NCBI GenBank assembly: GCA_018985235.1
Contig: JADGIG010000034.1
Coordinates: 1 to 36,362 of the forward strand
Length of the DNA: 36,362 nucleotides
DNA from: Sanchytrium tribonematis
Lineage: Eukaryota
Reading direction: 5' to 3'
Shown: positions 20,596 through 31,336 of the stretch, in pieces
How positions within the stretch are numbered: position 1 is the first letter of the stretch
Layout of the letters: the number at the start of each line of letters is the position of its first letter
The notes under the pieces: model-generated
What the model saw: the letters and a program-made list of their open reading frames with translations, nothing else
Databases searched by the model: none
Told to the model about the DNA's origin: nothing
Translations under genes and position numbers: made by a program

Positions 20596-21312
20596 ATGTC
20601 TGTCGCAATCTCCAAGAAGAAGAAGTTTGTAAGTGATGGAGTATTTTACGCTGAATTAAACGAATTTTTTGCCAGAGAATTAGCTGCTGAGGGATTTGCT
20701 GGTGTTGAAATCCGTGTCACTTCCTCAAAGACCGAAATTATCATCAAAGCTACCAAATCACAAGATATTCTGGGCGAAAAAGGCAGAAGATTAAAAGAAC
20801 TTACATCCTTAGTTCAAAAAAGATTTGGCTTTCCTGAGGACAGCTTAGAATTATTTGCAGACCGTGTTTCTAACCGTGGATTATGCGCAGCTGCACAGTG
20901 TGAAGCTTTGAAATACAAACTATTGGAAGGGCTTGCCGTTCGACGTGCTGCTTATAGCGTTTTAAGAAATGTTATGGAAAGTGGAGCAAAAGGTGTCGAA
21001 GTTGTTATCTCTGGTAAATTGAGAGCAGCTCGTGCAAAATCCATGAAATTTAAAGATGGTTTCATGATTCATACTGGACAACCTGGAAAAGATTTTATTG
21101 AACATGCTACTCGTCATGTCATGTTGCGTCAAGGTGTTCTCGGTGTCAAGGTAAAAATTATGAAAGAAGTTGACCCAACTGGAAAGAATGGTCCTAAAAA
21201 TCCTTTACCAGACAAAATCACATTTTTCGAACCTAAAGATGAACCTGACGTTGTTGTTCCAACTTCCGAGAATTTTAACGACAAGAGCGAGCGTCAAAGC
21301 AAGCCTTATTAA
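20596..21312 (+). CDS. RPS3: 40S ribosomal protein uS3
   Basis: [44 protein letters not shown]. First ATG is 20596. Confidence 0.98.
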   Translation: MSVAISKKKKFVSDGVFYAELNEFFARELAAEGFAGVEIRVTSSKTEIIIKATKSQDILGEKGRRLKELTSLVQKRFGFPEDSLELFADRVSNRGLCAAAQCEALKYKLLEGLAVRRAAYSVLRNVMESGAKGVEVVISGKLRAARAKSMKFKDGFMIHTGQPGKDFIEHATRHVMLRQGVLGVKVKIMKEVDPTGKNGPKNPLPDKITFFEPKDEPDVVVPTSENFNDKSERQSKPY

Positions 21313-21360
21313 ATAAATCAAGGTCGTATTATAATACTTCTGAAACTTCGTTGTGAGATA

Positions 21361-23635
21361 ATGAATCAATTAAAAGAAGCCTTTTCTAACAAAGACATAA
21401 ACTTGTTACTAAAAAGATGCAAATTGGTGTTAAATTCTTCAGGAAATGATGCCAAAGATTTGAATTCATTAGGGGTTGAAATATGGAACTCAGCTGTAAA
21501 GTTGCAACTGGATAAAAGATATAAAATATGCGCTTTTATATTGATGGCCGCATATTTTAAAGATTCTTATGATTTCAAATCTTCTATTAAACTTATTGCG
21601 ATGGCAGGAAGATTGCTTGCTGAATCGGAAAAAACAGACTGTGATTATATCTATGGTCTTGTATCAAATAGAATTGATCAAACTCTTGGAATGCTAAAAG
21701 CTAAGAACAAGTACCAAAAATTTGTTGCTGATATTGTTCCGATTTTGCTTTACAAACTAAAACAAGGTTGGTTTGAAAATGACCTTTCAATATCAATTCT
21801 TCATATTGAAAAGTTCATGCTGGTTCAAACATCTAAAATTGAAAAAGAACAATTATTGATGTGCATTCTCAATTTATACAGGTCAGATCAGCCTACAGAC
21901 GAAACTCAGTTGACTTTATTGTCGTTGCTTGAAAATTTAGCAAATGCCAGTGATAATCCTTTCGCAGCAAAATACTACTTGATTATCAGTGAGGTAAATT
22001 TGAAACTTAACAAAATAGAAGAAGCCAAATGTGCTCTGATTAAATCTTCTGAGGCGCAAATCATGTTAAAGGGGATTTTTCTAGCACTGACAATACCCAA
22101 TTTTCTCAACACATCCCCAGAAACGTTTCTATTCGAGTGTTTATCAAAAATTGGTATTGTGCATGAAACCTACAACGATGTTGCTTTGTTGTATAATGAA
22201 GTTTGTAAAATTTCCAATGAACTTGCTCTTGCCTATTTAACTGCTGTATTCTCAAGAAGTCGAGCACACCCTGCAAAATGTAAAGATTTAACTAACAAAA
22301 CTGCTTCTTTGATGTTAGAATGTTTGATAGGAAATGAAGACACAAAGCAAATCAACATTTTCATTGAAGACATATTTGAGACCATCAATGATGCAAAGCT
22401 TTCTAATAGTATTTGCATATTATTATGGATAAAGGGGGATGATTGTTTATCAAATTTTGAATACCAAAATGCTTTGAATTATTTTGAGCCATCTCTGAGA
22501 TTATTAAAGCCCGAACAAGATAATTATCTGATTCTGAAAAAGAAAATCTGTTTCTGCAAACTGCAATTAGGTGCTTTGGACTCCAGCGATATTTTAGACG
22601 ATCCGTTCCTATCGTTCCAATACAACTTGCTGTTTAGTATTTCAAATTGTTTTGGTTTAATTGAAAGTATGGAAGACCCTAATGTATTAATTGGATGTGC
22701 TTCTCTAGCTTTTCAAAAAAAAGAATCAAAACTTTTATTGTGTATTCTTGATAAAATTCATACTGTCTGCAGCAAAGGCGATTTGGATATTTGTTTGACA
22801 AGGGCAGCGATTCGTTTAGCCATCAAAGTAGATTTAAACATTGAATTGATCATCTCGATTCTTAAGAAAGCCGATAATCAACTTGATAAAGAGGAAATGA
22901 ACTGGTTTTACAATGTCACTTGGAATCTTTGCCTACAAATATATCAAATAGATCAAATATCTGCTTTTAGGTTGCTTGAAATCAACGTAAATTTTGCAGC
23001 AACAACAGATTTAAGAATTAATAGCCTTTTGTTCATGTGTTCTATAGGCTATGAGATTTTTGAGCAATATAACGTTGATCACATTTTAACCGATATTGAC
23101 AATGCTTGTAATCTAATAGCGGAAAATAATTTGACAGACTTGATCGAAACCTCGGCAAAAATGCAGTTAGAAATTTATATGTTATTTCAGAAGGAGCAAG
23201 AAGCGTTAGATCTCTTACCGTGCTTTAAGTCATTACAGCCCGGAATCTTAGTTGAAGTGTTGGAAAATAGCTGTATTTCGATAAAATGTAATTTTATTTA
23301 ATTAAGTTGCGATTCCTCTTTTAGAAACGATTTTATTGTCGAACAATATAGTAGCCATTTCCAAGGCGTTGCGAATTTTTATATCGAATCATAAAGAAGT
23401 TGACCATTTGCCTTATTTTAAAAAGGCCTTGGCTTTTGTTCACGATAAGGCGTATTGTCAAGAGGAACTTATTTGGCTCATGATAACTGCTTGGAATAAA
23501 GGGATTAATGAGTTCACTTTATACAAAAAAGTAGGCGAATGGTGTGATATCGCATTTCAAATCCTAAAGCATCTGGATAATAAGGAACAATACCAAAAGC
23601 AAATGGAAACTGCATATATCGAGATGATGCAATAA
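21361..23635 (+). CDS. SPO22: Meiotic TPR protein Zip4/Spo22/TEX11 (751 aa); exons 21361-23287 and 23307-23635
   Basis: LNSLGVEIWN, ILLWIKGD..L...YQNALNYF..SL, EEMNWFYNVTWNL, YCQEELIWLMITAWNKG. The two ORFs are joined by a 19-nt intron. Confidence 0.82.
23288..23306 (+). other. 19-nt spliceosomal intron GTAATTTTATTTAATTAAG
   Basis: Phase 1. Removal reads SIKFAIPLLETILLSNNIV into the 23336 ORF. Confidence 0.85.
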
Positions 23636-23848
23636 ATCTATGCCAATAAAATTTGATCACCGAGTTTTGCCAATTAGTTATTGGGTGGGTAATTATAAAT
23701 TGGTCTCTAACTTTAACTTTGTGGCAATCCGGTTCCCTTAGTTTCACTGATACTACTTAATTAGACAGTATACCACATATAAATACTCCAAAAAGCATTT
23801 TTATATTTTAATTGAATGAAACACCTTGGGTAGGTGGCTTGAGTAAAG

Positions 23849-26434
23849 ATGATCCAGTTTTTGTTATTTGTGGTAGCTATTACCACACCAGTGGATTTAG
23901 AGTCTTTCTGTATTGAAATCGCGGACTTTTTCGCAACTTTAAATGCATATCGGACTTGGAGTGATACATATTGCACTAACACCACATTTCCGACTTTCTT
24001 TGGAGTTATTTACAATGACGCAGATTATATAATAGATTTCAACACTCTAGTCATACCTGGAACATTTGACTTTGCTAAGATCCCGTATGTTGATCAATTA
24101 ACTTACATAAGATTGAATGGAAATGAGATTACAGAAGTGGTGAATACAACATTAGCAGTGAATTTGAGACAATTGAGCGTCGCTAATAATTTGTGCACTT
24201 CAATACCACTATTACCCCAAAATCTAGCTGTATTTGAGTTTGACGGAAATCCAGTTCAAAACAGAAGCTACCTACCAGAATTACCACCTCGACTTGAGTC
24301 ACTTATGATAAGGTATTTGAGCTTGAACATATCATTGCCTCATCTTCCCACATCTCTGCGTTTTGTCGATATAGAATACAACACGTTCTATGGATTACTA
24401 CCAGATCTGAGTACTTTTTCGAATTTAACAAATTTCAAAGGATATGGTAATTATCTGACAGGCTCTCTTCGTTTACCAGAATCCGTTTTAGAATTACGCC
24501 TGAGTGGAAATGGGCTAAATGGGACTCTTCCAATACTACCTCATAATTTACAGACATTTATTGTCAATGGCAATCATTTCACAGGAACTTTGCCTAAATT
24601 CCCAGTTTCTATTCAAAACATTAGACTCAAAAACAATCGTTTAGAAGGAAATGTAAATTTAACAAATCCAAATTTGCAAATTGTAATTTTAAGTGGCAAT
24701 TTATTTTCAGGCACTCTGCTGGTTGACAGTTTGTCATTAACGCATTTAGATGCATCAGACAACTATTTTGAAAATGCGACCATTATTGCTAGTCAGTCGT
24801 TTTTCACCCCCCTCGACTGCGTGTTGACACTAAATAGAATTTATCTGGCTGAAGTAAGTGATCCAAATATTAAAAGTTGTGACATTACTTTTAGAAACGA
24901 TACCTTACCTTCAAATACGTTTTTGTCAGAAACAATATTAAAGAACAGCTTTTCTACGTTTTCCACAGTTTTAAATTCGTCAACCCAAATTGAGAGCCTT
25001 GCAAGTTACAATGGCGACACATTGACTGCAGAAGTTGCTGCGTCAACTTATGAAGTTGTTTTATCAATCTCTGAAAATACAGCATCTTCGAATTACCATG
25101 AGAGTGTGTCATTCGGCACAAATGATCTTGCTCCTACCGCTACTTTATCATCAGAGAATCTTTTACTGTCAAATTTTTATAGTAGTGAATCTACCGATAC
25201 AAATCCAATTACACAGACCAGTTTTCACGAAGGCTTATCGAATATAGTAGATGTTATTACCAACACTAACTCTCTAGATTCGCTTACCACTGTTGACTCC
25301 ACCAGTAGTTACAGTAGTTTCACCTCTAGTTTGGAAAATTCATATATGTCTAGTATTCAAAATTCGTCTCAATTATCTTCTAAAATGTTAATTTGGCAAA
25401 AAGCAAATATTATAACGATGGAATCAACAATTGTCTCTACAAGACCGATCGAATTAGCAGATTCTTCAATTGAAATTAAAGAGACGGCCATTGTCGTCAC
25501 TCGATTTAAGCAATTTACTTACAGCCACGAAGATCTAAATGTCACAGAATCGAAATCGAATGAAATTATACAAGTCTTTGCTAACCCGCCAAAAAACTTA
25601 CCTAAAAATTTTGTCAACAATAATTTAAGCGATCGTTTTGTTATACTTTTAAATTCCGAAATAGACCCATCCACAATTGTAGGAATTTTAATCGCCGGCT
25701 TGGCTTTGGTGACATATATAATATGCTTAATAGAAAGAAAGAAGACACTTGTTAAGCAGTTCAGCTTGCTTTTGATCAGTTTTTTATTTGTTGGAATATT
25801 AATATCATGTCTAGGACTGGTTTTTAATATACCAGGTTACTTCTGGGCTCGAAATATTTGCAAAGAAACTGGAATGTGGTTAGCTACGTTGTCTTTTATG
25901 TCTTATTATGCCCGAATTTTCTTTATTGTTGAAAGGCCAATCAATAGTAAGTTATTGACTAGGTTTTCCAATTTAGCGATTACTTGGTATATAACCCTGT
26001 TATTAGTTATATTGCCGACTCTGATTGTAGCTTTAACTTCCATATTCACATTCGATAATCAGTTTGTGCCAGTAACATTTGGGTGCATAAGGCTTTTAAT
26101 GCTGCTTAGATTCACCACAAGTGTCTTTCTCGAAGAATCAAAATTACTGCCATTTAAACCGGTCTTGGCGCTTCTGATATTAAGCGCTCTAGATTTGGTT
26201 TTTACGTTGCCATTAGAAATAACTAGTGAAGTTGCATTTGGCTTAGCCTCAATGTCTGCACTATTGGGCTACTTGCTTGTAGCTTTTTCATTGGTAGGTT
26301 GGAAACGGAAAGCAATGGAGTTACAGTCAACTAAATTGGCTTCGCAATTCACAAGTGTTTCTAAACATTTGGGACCTATATTCTCCTGGACAAAACAACC
26401 CGTAACGAAATCTGAGATTAGATCGAAACAGTAA
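23849..26434 (+). CDS. LRR-ectodomain receptor with S/T stalk and class-C-GPCR-like 7TM domain
   Basis: Signal peptide; LxxLxLxxNxLxGxLP repeats; S/T-rich stalk; 7 C-terminal hydrophobic helices with ICKETGMWL...YYARIFFI and EESK. Confidence 0.75.
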   Translation: MIQFLLFVVAITTPVDLESFCIEIADFFATLNAYRTWSDTYCTNTTFPTFFGVIYNDADYIIDFNTLVIPGTFDFAKIPYVDQLTYIRLNGNEITEVVNTTLAVNLRQLSVANNLCTSIPLLPQNLAVFEFDGNPVQNRSYLPELPPRLESLMIRYLSLNISLPHLPTSLRFVDIEYNTFYGLLPDLSTFSNLTNFKGYGNYLTGSLRLPESVLELRLSGNGLNGTLPILPHNLQTFIVNGNHFTGTLPKFPVSIQNIRLKNNRLEGNVNLTNPNLQIVILSGNLFSGTLLVDSLSLTHLDASDNYFENATIIASQSFFTPLDCVLTLNRIYLAEVSDPNIKSCDITFRNDTLPSNTFLSETILKNSFSTFSTVLNSSTQIESLASYNGDTLTAEVAASTYEVVLSISENTASSNYHESVSFGTNDLAPTATLSSENLLLSNFYSSESTDTNPITQTSFHEGLSNIVDVITNTNSLDSLTTVDSTSSYSSFTSSLENSYMSSIQNSSQLSSKMLIWQKANIITMESTIVSTRPIELADSSIEIKETAIVVTRFKQFTYSHEDLNVTESKSNEIIQVFANPPKNLPKNFVNNNLSDRFVILLNSEIDPSTIVGILIAGLALVTYIICLIERKKTLVKQFSLLLISFLFVGILISCLGLVFNIPGYFWARNICKETGMWLATLSFMSYYARIFFIVERPINSKLLTRFSNLAITWYITLLLVILPTLIVALTSIFTFDNQFVPVTFGCIRLLMLLRFTTSVFLEESKLLPFKPVLALLILSALDLVFTLPLEITSEVAFGLASMSALLGYLLVAFSLVGWKRKAMELQSTKLASQFTSVSKHLGPIFSWTKQPVTKSEIRSKQ

Positions 26435-26450
26435 TAAATCTTGACTTTTT

Positions 26451-27819
26451 TTATTCCTTATACGATTTTTTGGTTCTTTTCCGAAGATTTCTTGTTTCAC
26501 TGTCTTCACTTCCCAAAACATCTGATTGTAAAGATAGTGTTTTGTGAATCTTAGACTTAGACCTTTCTTTAGTGGGGGCGGAGTAAGAGACACTTTTAGG
26601 CAGATGTGGTGTTTGCTTCGAATTTAGGGTATCTACTAATACGAATTTGTATATTGCGAATAATATCAAGAATATCGCAAAGAGAGCCCAGCCCACGATA
26701 ACATGCGGTGGGAAAGGTTTTGGAAACATTCCTTTCCCAAATTTGATAACTATTAATAATTCTGTGGTTATTGCTGCCAGCATAACCCACGCATTTGGAC
26801 CTAACCTTTTACTACATAAAACTTAAATACTCAGATTCGTTTAAATAATGATATGCTTCTCTGACTGCTGGGAGAGCCATAAAATAAACCCAGACCAATC
26901 TCTGGGTGTTTAAAGGATGCTCTGGTGGAATATGTAGTACAAATTTCAAATAAAAGGCATTTAACTCGCAAAGCAATACAGTCATTGCAATTAAAATTAA
27001 ACCAACATAATGCCTAAATGTACTGGTGAAATGCCATTCAAATCTAGTCCAAGAATGAGGTGTGAATTGCTGAAACGACCGATAAACTTTCCCTTTTATG
27101 GTTGCTATAGAGGAAATTCCAGTCCATGAATATTCTTTTAGCTCCAAATATCTACATGTTTTCATTCCAAGAACTATCCCAAGATAATTGCAGACCATGA
27201 CATCTAATATCCAATGATCCCACCAACATTCTTTGAAATTAGGTAGCTGGTGTTCAAATGAATATTCTAATAGTTCAAATCCAATCGATAACCCCCAACA
27301 TAGGTAATAATCCCGTAACAACAGGGCTTTGAAAAACCATCCGAATGCATGAGCAATCACAAAAATGTCCATTTGCCTCATTACATTCGCATAATTTAAA
27401 TCGCACGAGTCTCCGTAACTTCTTTCCGTCAAGGTTTTTCCAAGTGTGTTGTCATAAGTTTTCAGCATATACATAACATCACTTTTTGATTGAGATAAGG
27501 TGAAAATTAAGATTTGTAAATAAATGATAGCACAACCAAGTACACCTCTCCAAAGTACCGGATGTGGTCTTAAAAAAGGCCCATTTTTAAACTGAACCAT
27601 TCCAAAGACAATAAATATAGTTGCGCTGCTCAATATTCCATACTTTACATTTTCAACAGTTTCGAAAGGGAAGAACGCGATATAAAAGAGCGCAGCCAAA
27701 ACCATAACTAGCACACTAAAAGAATGTGGGGTATATAAAAATTGAATATCAACGTCTTCCGTATCCATGCTGAGGCGTCGCGGGATATTTGGGAGAGGTG
27801 CCACTGAATTAGAAGACAT
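26451..27819 (-). CDS. PTDSS: Base-exchange phosphatidylserine synthase (PTDSS1/2 type, 449 aa); exons 27819-26831 and 26811-26451
   Basis: GPFLRPHPVLWR, DIFVIAHAFGW, FELLEYSFEHQLPNFKECWWDHWILDV, ELNAFYLKF, and spliced YLNESDKRLGPNAW...ELLIVIKFG. Confidence 0.93.
26812..26830 (-). other. 19-nt spliceosomal intron GTATTTAAGTTTTATGTAG
   Basis: Phase 2. Removal restores the conserved KRLG..W..........TE segment of PTDSS. Confidence 0.9.
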
Positions 27820-27979
27820 AGTGTGTTTCAAAAATTTTGCACTATTGCTGCAAGCATACCAAATCTCTTATGACTACGGCTTGGATATTCAGTTTAAAAC
27901 ATAAACAATATTATTGTTGACAAGGATGAAAAGTTGAGGTAAAAAATTTTATTTACAAGGCGGATAAAACAAAGTTCCA

Positions 27980-28459
27980 ATGGAAAAACTTGCTTCAGCT
28001 CTCAAACCACAAGTAGCTACAGAATTATTTGGATTTTTAAAACAACACCAAACTCTTAAACAAAAAGTGACGCAGCTTAAATCGCAATTAAATGTCAAAT
28101 TAGATTTTACTCCTAAACAAGGTGACTATGGAAAACATGTTAAACAAGCCGAGCAAGTTTACAAATCTTTTAAACCCAAGTCGGTAGATACTTCTGTCGC
28201 ATTGGAAAATATTTCTAAATTTGAGAAAGTTGCTTTAAAGAGAGCGGAAGAGACTTCCAAATTGGTTAGTCAGAGTGTTTCTCAATACAAAGAGTGCTTA
28301 CAAAACATTTCCAAAGCTTTACCTGTCGAAGAGTTGACTTTGAAAGATGTGGAGAAAGCATTCCCTGAAGTAGATGAAAAAGTCACCGAATTAGCCAATA
28401 AAGGTGAATGGTACAATGAGAATTACTATGGAAAATTCGGATCCATGAGAATTTTCTGA
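27980..28459 (+). CDS. ATP7: Mitochondrial ATP synthase subunit d
   Basis: LENISKFEKVALKRAEET, LQNISKALPVEELT..DV..AFPEVD, KGEW...Y..KFG. Confidence 0.85.
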   Translation: MEKLASALKPQVATELFGFLKQHQTLKQKVTQLKSQLNVKLDFTPKQGDYGKHVKQAEQVYKSFKPKSVDTSVALENISKFEKVALKRAEETSKLVSQSVSQYKECLQNISKALPVEELTLKDVEKAFPEVDEKVTELANKGEWYNENYYGKFGSMRIF

Positions 28460-28487
28460 GTAAACTATGTTCAGAATTTATTTACAT

Positions 28488-28928
28488 TTAAATTTGAGAC
28501 AAAATCTGTTTCCTATCATTTTCCTTAAATACAACGGAATGGACTTTTCTATGCCTAAATGACATAAGAATCTTTTTAGGATAACAAGGCAAGCTCTGAG
28601 ACTCTACTGCATTCAATTCTTGCTGAAGGCTCACATTCTTTGGCCGTTTTCTATAATTATTCGAGAATTCTTCAGCCCGTTCAATTCTCTGGTCATAATC
28701 CAAATATGAGTAAGTTGTGCAAAATACTGCACATCTCAATAAGTGTGATTTATATGCATAAGGCCGCGAATTAAGTTTTAGTCCCTTTTTACAAAATTGA
28801 CAAGCTACATGCAGACTATGCACATTTCTTTGATGTCTCAACATTGTGCACCGTTTTGTAAATCTTTTACCGCAGAGATTGCACTCTTCCATCTCTTTGG
28901 AGTGATTTAATATATCCATTATATCCAT
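28488..28928 (-). CDS. C2H2 zinc-finger protein
   Basis: CNLCGKRFTKRCTMLRHQRNVH plus CQFC...HLLRC (C2HC). Confidence 0.8.
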   Translation of the reverse strand: MDIMDILNHSKEMEECNLCGKRFTKRCTMLRHQRNVHSLHVACQFCKKGLKLNSRPYAYKSHLLRCAVFCTTYSYLDYDQRIERAEEFSNNYRKRPKNVSLQQELNAVESQSLPCYPKKILMSFRHRKVHSVVFKENDRKQILSQI

Positions 28929-29121
28929 TTAAGTGATATTGAAGTTTTAAAATGTCTTGGCAGGTTTAACCTAGACGTATAACGTATTTTATTTGAATGC
29001 GATACAAGAAGTCAAATATATGGCTTCCTTTCATACATAGTGATTCAGGCAAGAAGTGATTAATAAATTTAATAAAAATTTGTAACGGAGTTTATAAAGC
29101 AACAAGAACCAATTATAATCG

Positions 29122-29195
29122 GTCTCAGTGGGCAAGAGGTTTACGCCGTTGCTCTCCGGAAGCAAAGATCGGGAGTTCGAATCTCTCCTGAGACG
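29122..29195 (+). tRNA. tRNA-Arg(CCG), intronless
   Basis: Acceptor GTCTCAG/CTGAGAC, D stem GGC/GCC, anticodon stem TTGCT/AGCAA with loop CT-CCG-GA, T arm GGGAG-TTCGAAT-CTCTC, discriminator G. Confidence 0.92.
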
Positions 29196-29227
29196 ATCTT
29201 CCTTCTAAAATAATATTTTTGACTTGT

Positions 29228-30168
29228 TTATTGCTCACTAAATTCTTTAACTAATCCCCATTCACCATTAACTTGTTGCTGATACATATATACCTAAATT
29301 AGTATTGTAATACTTTGTTATCTCCACAACTAGCAGCCAATATTTGTCCCACCAAGGACCAGTTGACTCTCCAGACTACGTCTTTCAAAGAAATTTTTTG
29401 AATTTTAAATTCCTGATAATCGGATGTAGCATATATGTAAACATTTTTATCTTGCGAGCAAACAGCCAAAAATTGTCCAGGTAATCCTATTGAAGGTGCG
29501 CAACTAACATCTCGAACCCAGTCACCGCATAATCCAATTGGTTTCGGAGTCCATTTCGCCTGTCCTTCATCAACGTGCCTGGTCCATAAAATCACTTTAT
29601 TGTCAGACCCACCAGTTATAAGCCTTAGATTGCTGGAAACGCTTTCAGATCTTTTAACCAAAGAATTTGATTTTACAAAAGGAACAAAAGAAAGAGAGGT
29701 ACATCCTAAATGATGAGCTTCAAATGAATCAGTACTCCATTGCTTTGTCGATTCGTCGTAATATATTAAGGCAACACTTCCATCACTACATGCTCCACCA
29801 ATGATTAGCCCATACTCAACATCAGCAAATTCTACTTGATTCATACTCTTTTGTCCGCTATATTGGTATACTTTTTGCCAATGGTCACTGAATTTATAAA
29901 TGTTGATTTGCTTGTCATAGCCGCAAGTTGCTAGAAGATTATATTTTGGATGTGAAAATTGGACATTCCAAACTGGGCCAGAGTGATCTTTTAATACGTC
30001 TTGTAAAACATAATTTTGTGGCCCACTGGAACTTGTCGTCTTGAAAATTCTGACTGTCTTATCACTAGATCCAGTGGCTAATAAGGTACCATGGTAATTA
30101 AATGCAGCAGAATGTATCACATCTTCATGACCAGAATCAAACTCGTTCTTGTTGGATAATTTCTCCAT
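29228..30168 (-). CDS. SEC13: COPII/nucleoporin WD40 protein Sec13 (306 aa); exons 30168-29314 and 29293-29228
   Basis: SGHEDVIH, ATGSSDKTVRIF, HSGPVWNVQFSHPKY, DWVRDV, VWRVNWSLVG, spliced GDNKVYMYQQQVNGEW. Confidence 0.95.
29294..29313 (-). other. 20-nt spliceosomal intron GTATTACAATACTAATTTAG
   Basis: Phase 0; contains the apparent stop and a TACTAAT branch-like site. Removal restores the Sec13 C-terminal GDNKV.......GEW. Confidence 0.9.
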
Positions 30169-30229
30169 GTGTCAAAAATTGATTTGTGTATTCCCATGAA
30201 ATTTGTGCGATATCTCAGCAAGCCACACT

Positions 30230-31291
30230 ATGGACTCATTAATTAAAGAAAATACGCGTTTAGTAGAATTACTTAGGAAGGTCCATCAAGTTTCCGTTGA
30301 AGCTTATACCGATATTTTACATTTAAATTCAAGAGTTAAAAATTTAGAAGAGGAAAATACTAAAATACTGACAGAGAATAATCAATTAAAAAACCAATTA
30401 CAGCTTATTGATGACAGACAAGCAGCATTAGAAAATATTAGCAAGGCGATCAAAGTAGCTGTTAGCGAATTTCAAAAACTGAAAGACCAATATAATCTTG
30501 AAGTTCAAAAACGCGAGCATGCCGAGGAAATCGTTGAAATACTTGAGACTAAAATAGAAAAATTAGAGAAAATAATCAAAGCAAACCAAACTTCAACGGC
30601 CCCCAGCCTTAATAATCCTTATTTAAAAGAATCTACTCAGCTTAGAAATGAATTATTAGGGGTTCATAGAGAACTTAGGGAATCAATTAAACAGTATGAA
30701 CAGGTTAAAACTCAACTCGGAAAGTCAAAAGAACATCAGCAATATTCTAACGGTGAAAGAATTGGATCCAACGTAAGTTTTAGAACACAAAATACATACA
30801 AAGAAGAAAAAAATAGTGATAACGAATCGGAAACTAATAGAACATTTTTAACAAGCGTCGCTAGCCCGGTTTCGCATTCTGACATTGCAAATGCCAGACT
30901 GACTCAATTGAAATCGTTGGTAGGTGAAATGGATGCAACTCTATTATCAACTCAAAAACCGCTATATAAACGACGAGAATCGAGTTCTCAAATAAGCACA
31001 GTATCATCTATTCCTGTATTTCAATTAGATGCGAACTCCAATGTTCCATTTGCCACAGAGTCGAGTGGTACGATACAGAGTAAAAAGTCAGAACCTTTTA
31101 GAAGACCATCCTATCAATATAATAGTCAAACTGTAGTTAGAAGACCGTCTGTTACAGAGATAAAAACCCGACCAATTTCGCCACCCAAAGACGGCAAATT
31201 CATTCAAAGGATATCAAAATTTGACGAATATTTTGACCAGCTTCAAGATGAGCTTCTGGCTTTAGGTTCGCCCTCTGAGCAGAAGCCCTAA
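30230..31291 (+). CDS. Coiled-coil protein with a shootin-like N-terminal segment and disordered S-rich tail
   Basis: Heptad-rich N-terminal about 170 aa containing LENISK...SEF...LEVQKREHAE. First ATG is 30230. Confidence 0.7.
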   Translation: MDSLIKENTRLVELLRKVHQVSVEAYTDILHLNSRVKNLEEENTKILTENNQLKNQLQLIDDRQAALENISKAIKVAVSEFQKLKDQYNLEVQKREHAEEIVEILETKIEKLEKIIKANQTSTAPSLNNPYLKESTQLRNELLGVHRELRESIKQYEQVKTQLGKSKEHQQYSNGERIGSNVSFRTQNTYKEEKNSDNESETNRTFLTSVASPVSHSDIANARLTQLKSLVGEMDATLLSTQKPLYKRRESSSQISTVSSIPVFQLDANSNVPFATESSGTIQSKKSEPFRRPSYQYNSQTVVRRPSVTEIKTRPISPPKDGKFIQRISKFDEYFDQLQDELLALGSPSEQKP

Positions 31292-31336
31292 ATTATAATA
31301 ATAAATATCTATTTACTTTCAGGTTTCAAATTTGAG

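Noticed and set aside
27939..27959. 21-nt GTAAAAAATTTTATTTACAAG as an intron upstream of ATP7
   Set aside because: It lacks the A at -6, there is an in-frame stop between it and the ATG, and it is not needed for the CDS. At most a 5' UTR intron.
29122..29195. tRNA(CCG) as evidence for CGG reassignment
   Set aside because: The structure is compatible with an ordinary tRNA-Arg, and I found no conserved non-Arg position encoded by CGG.
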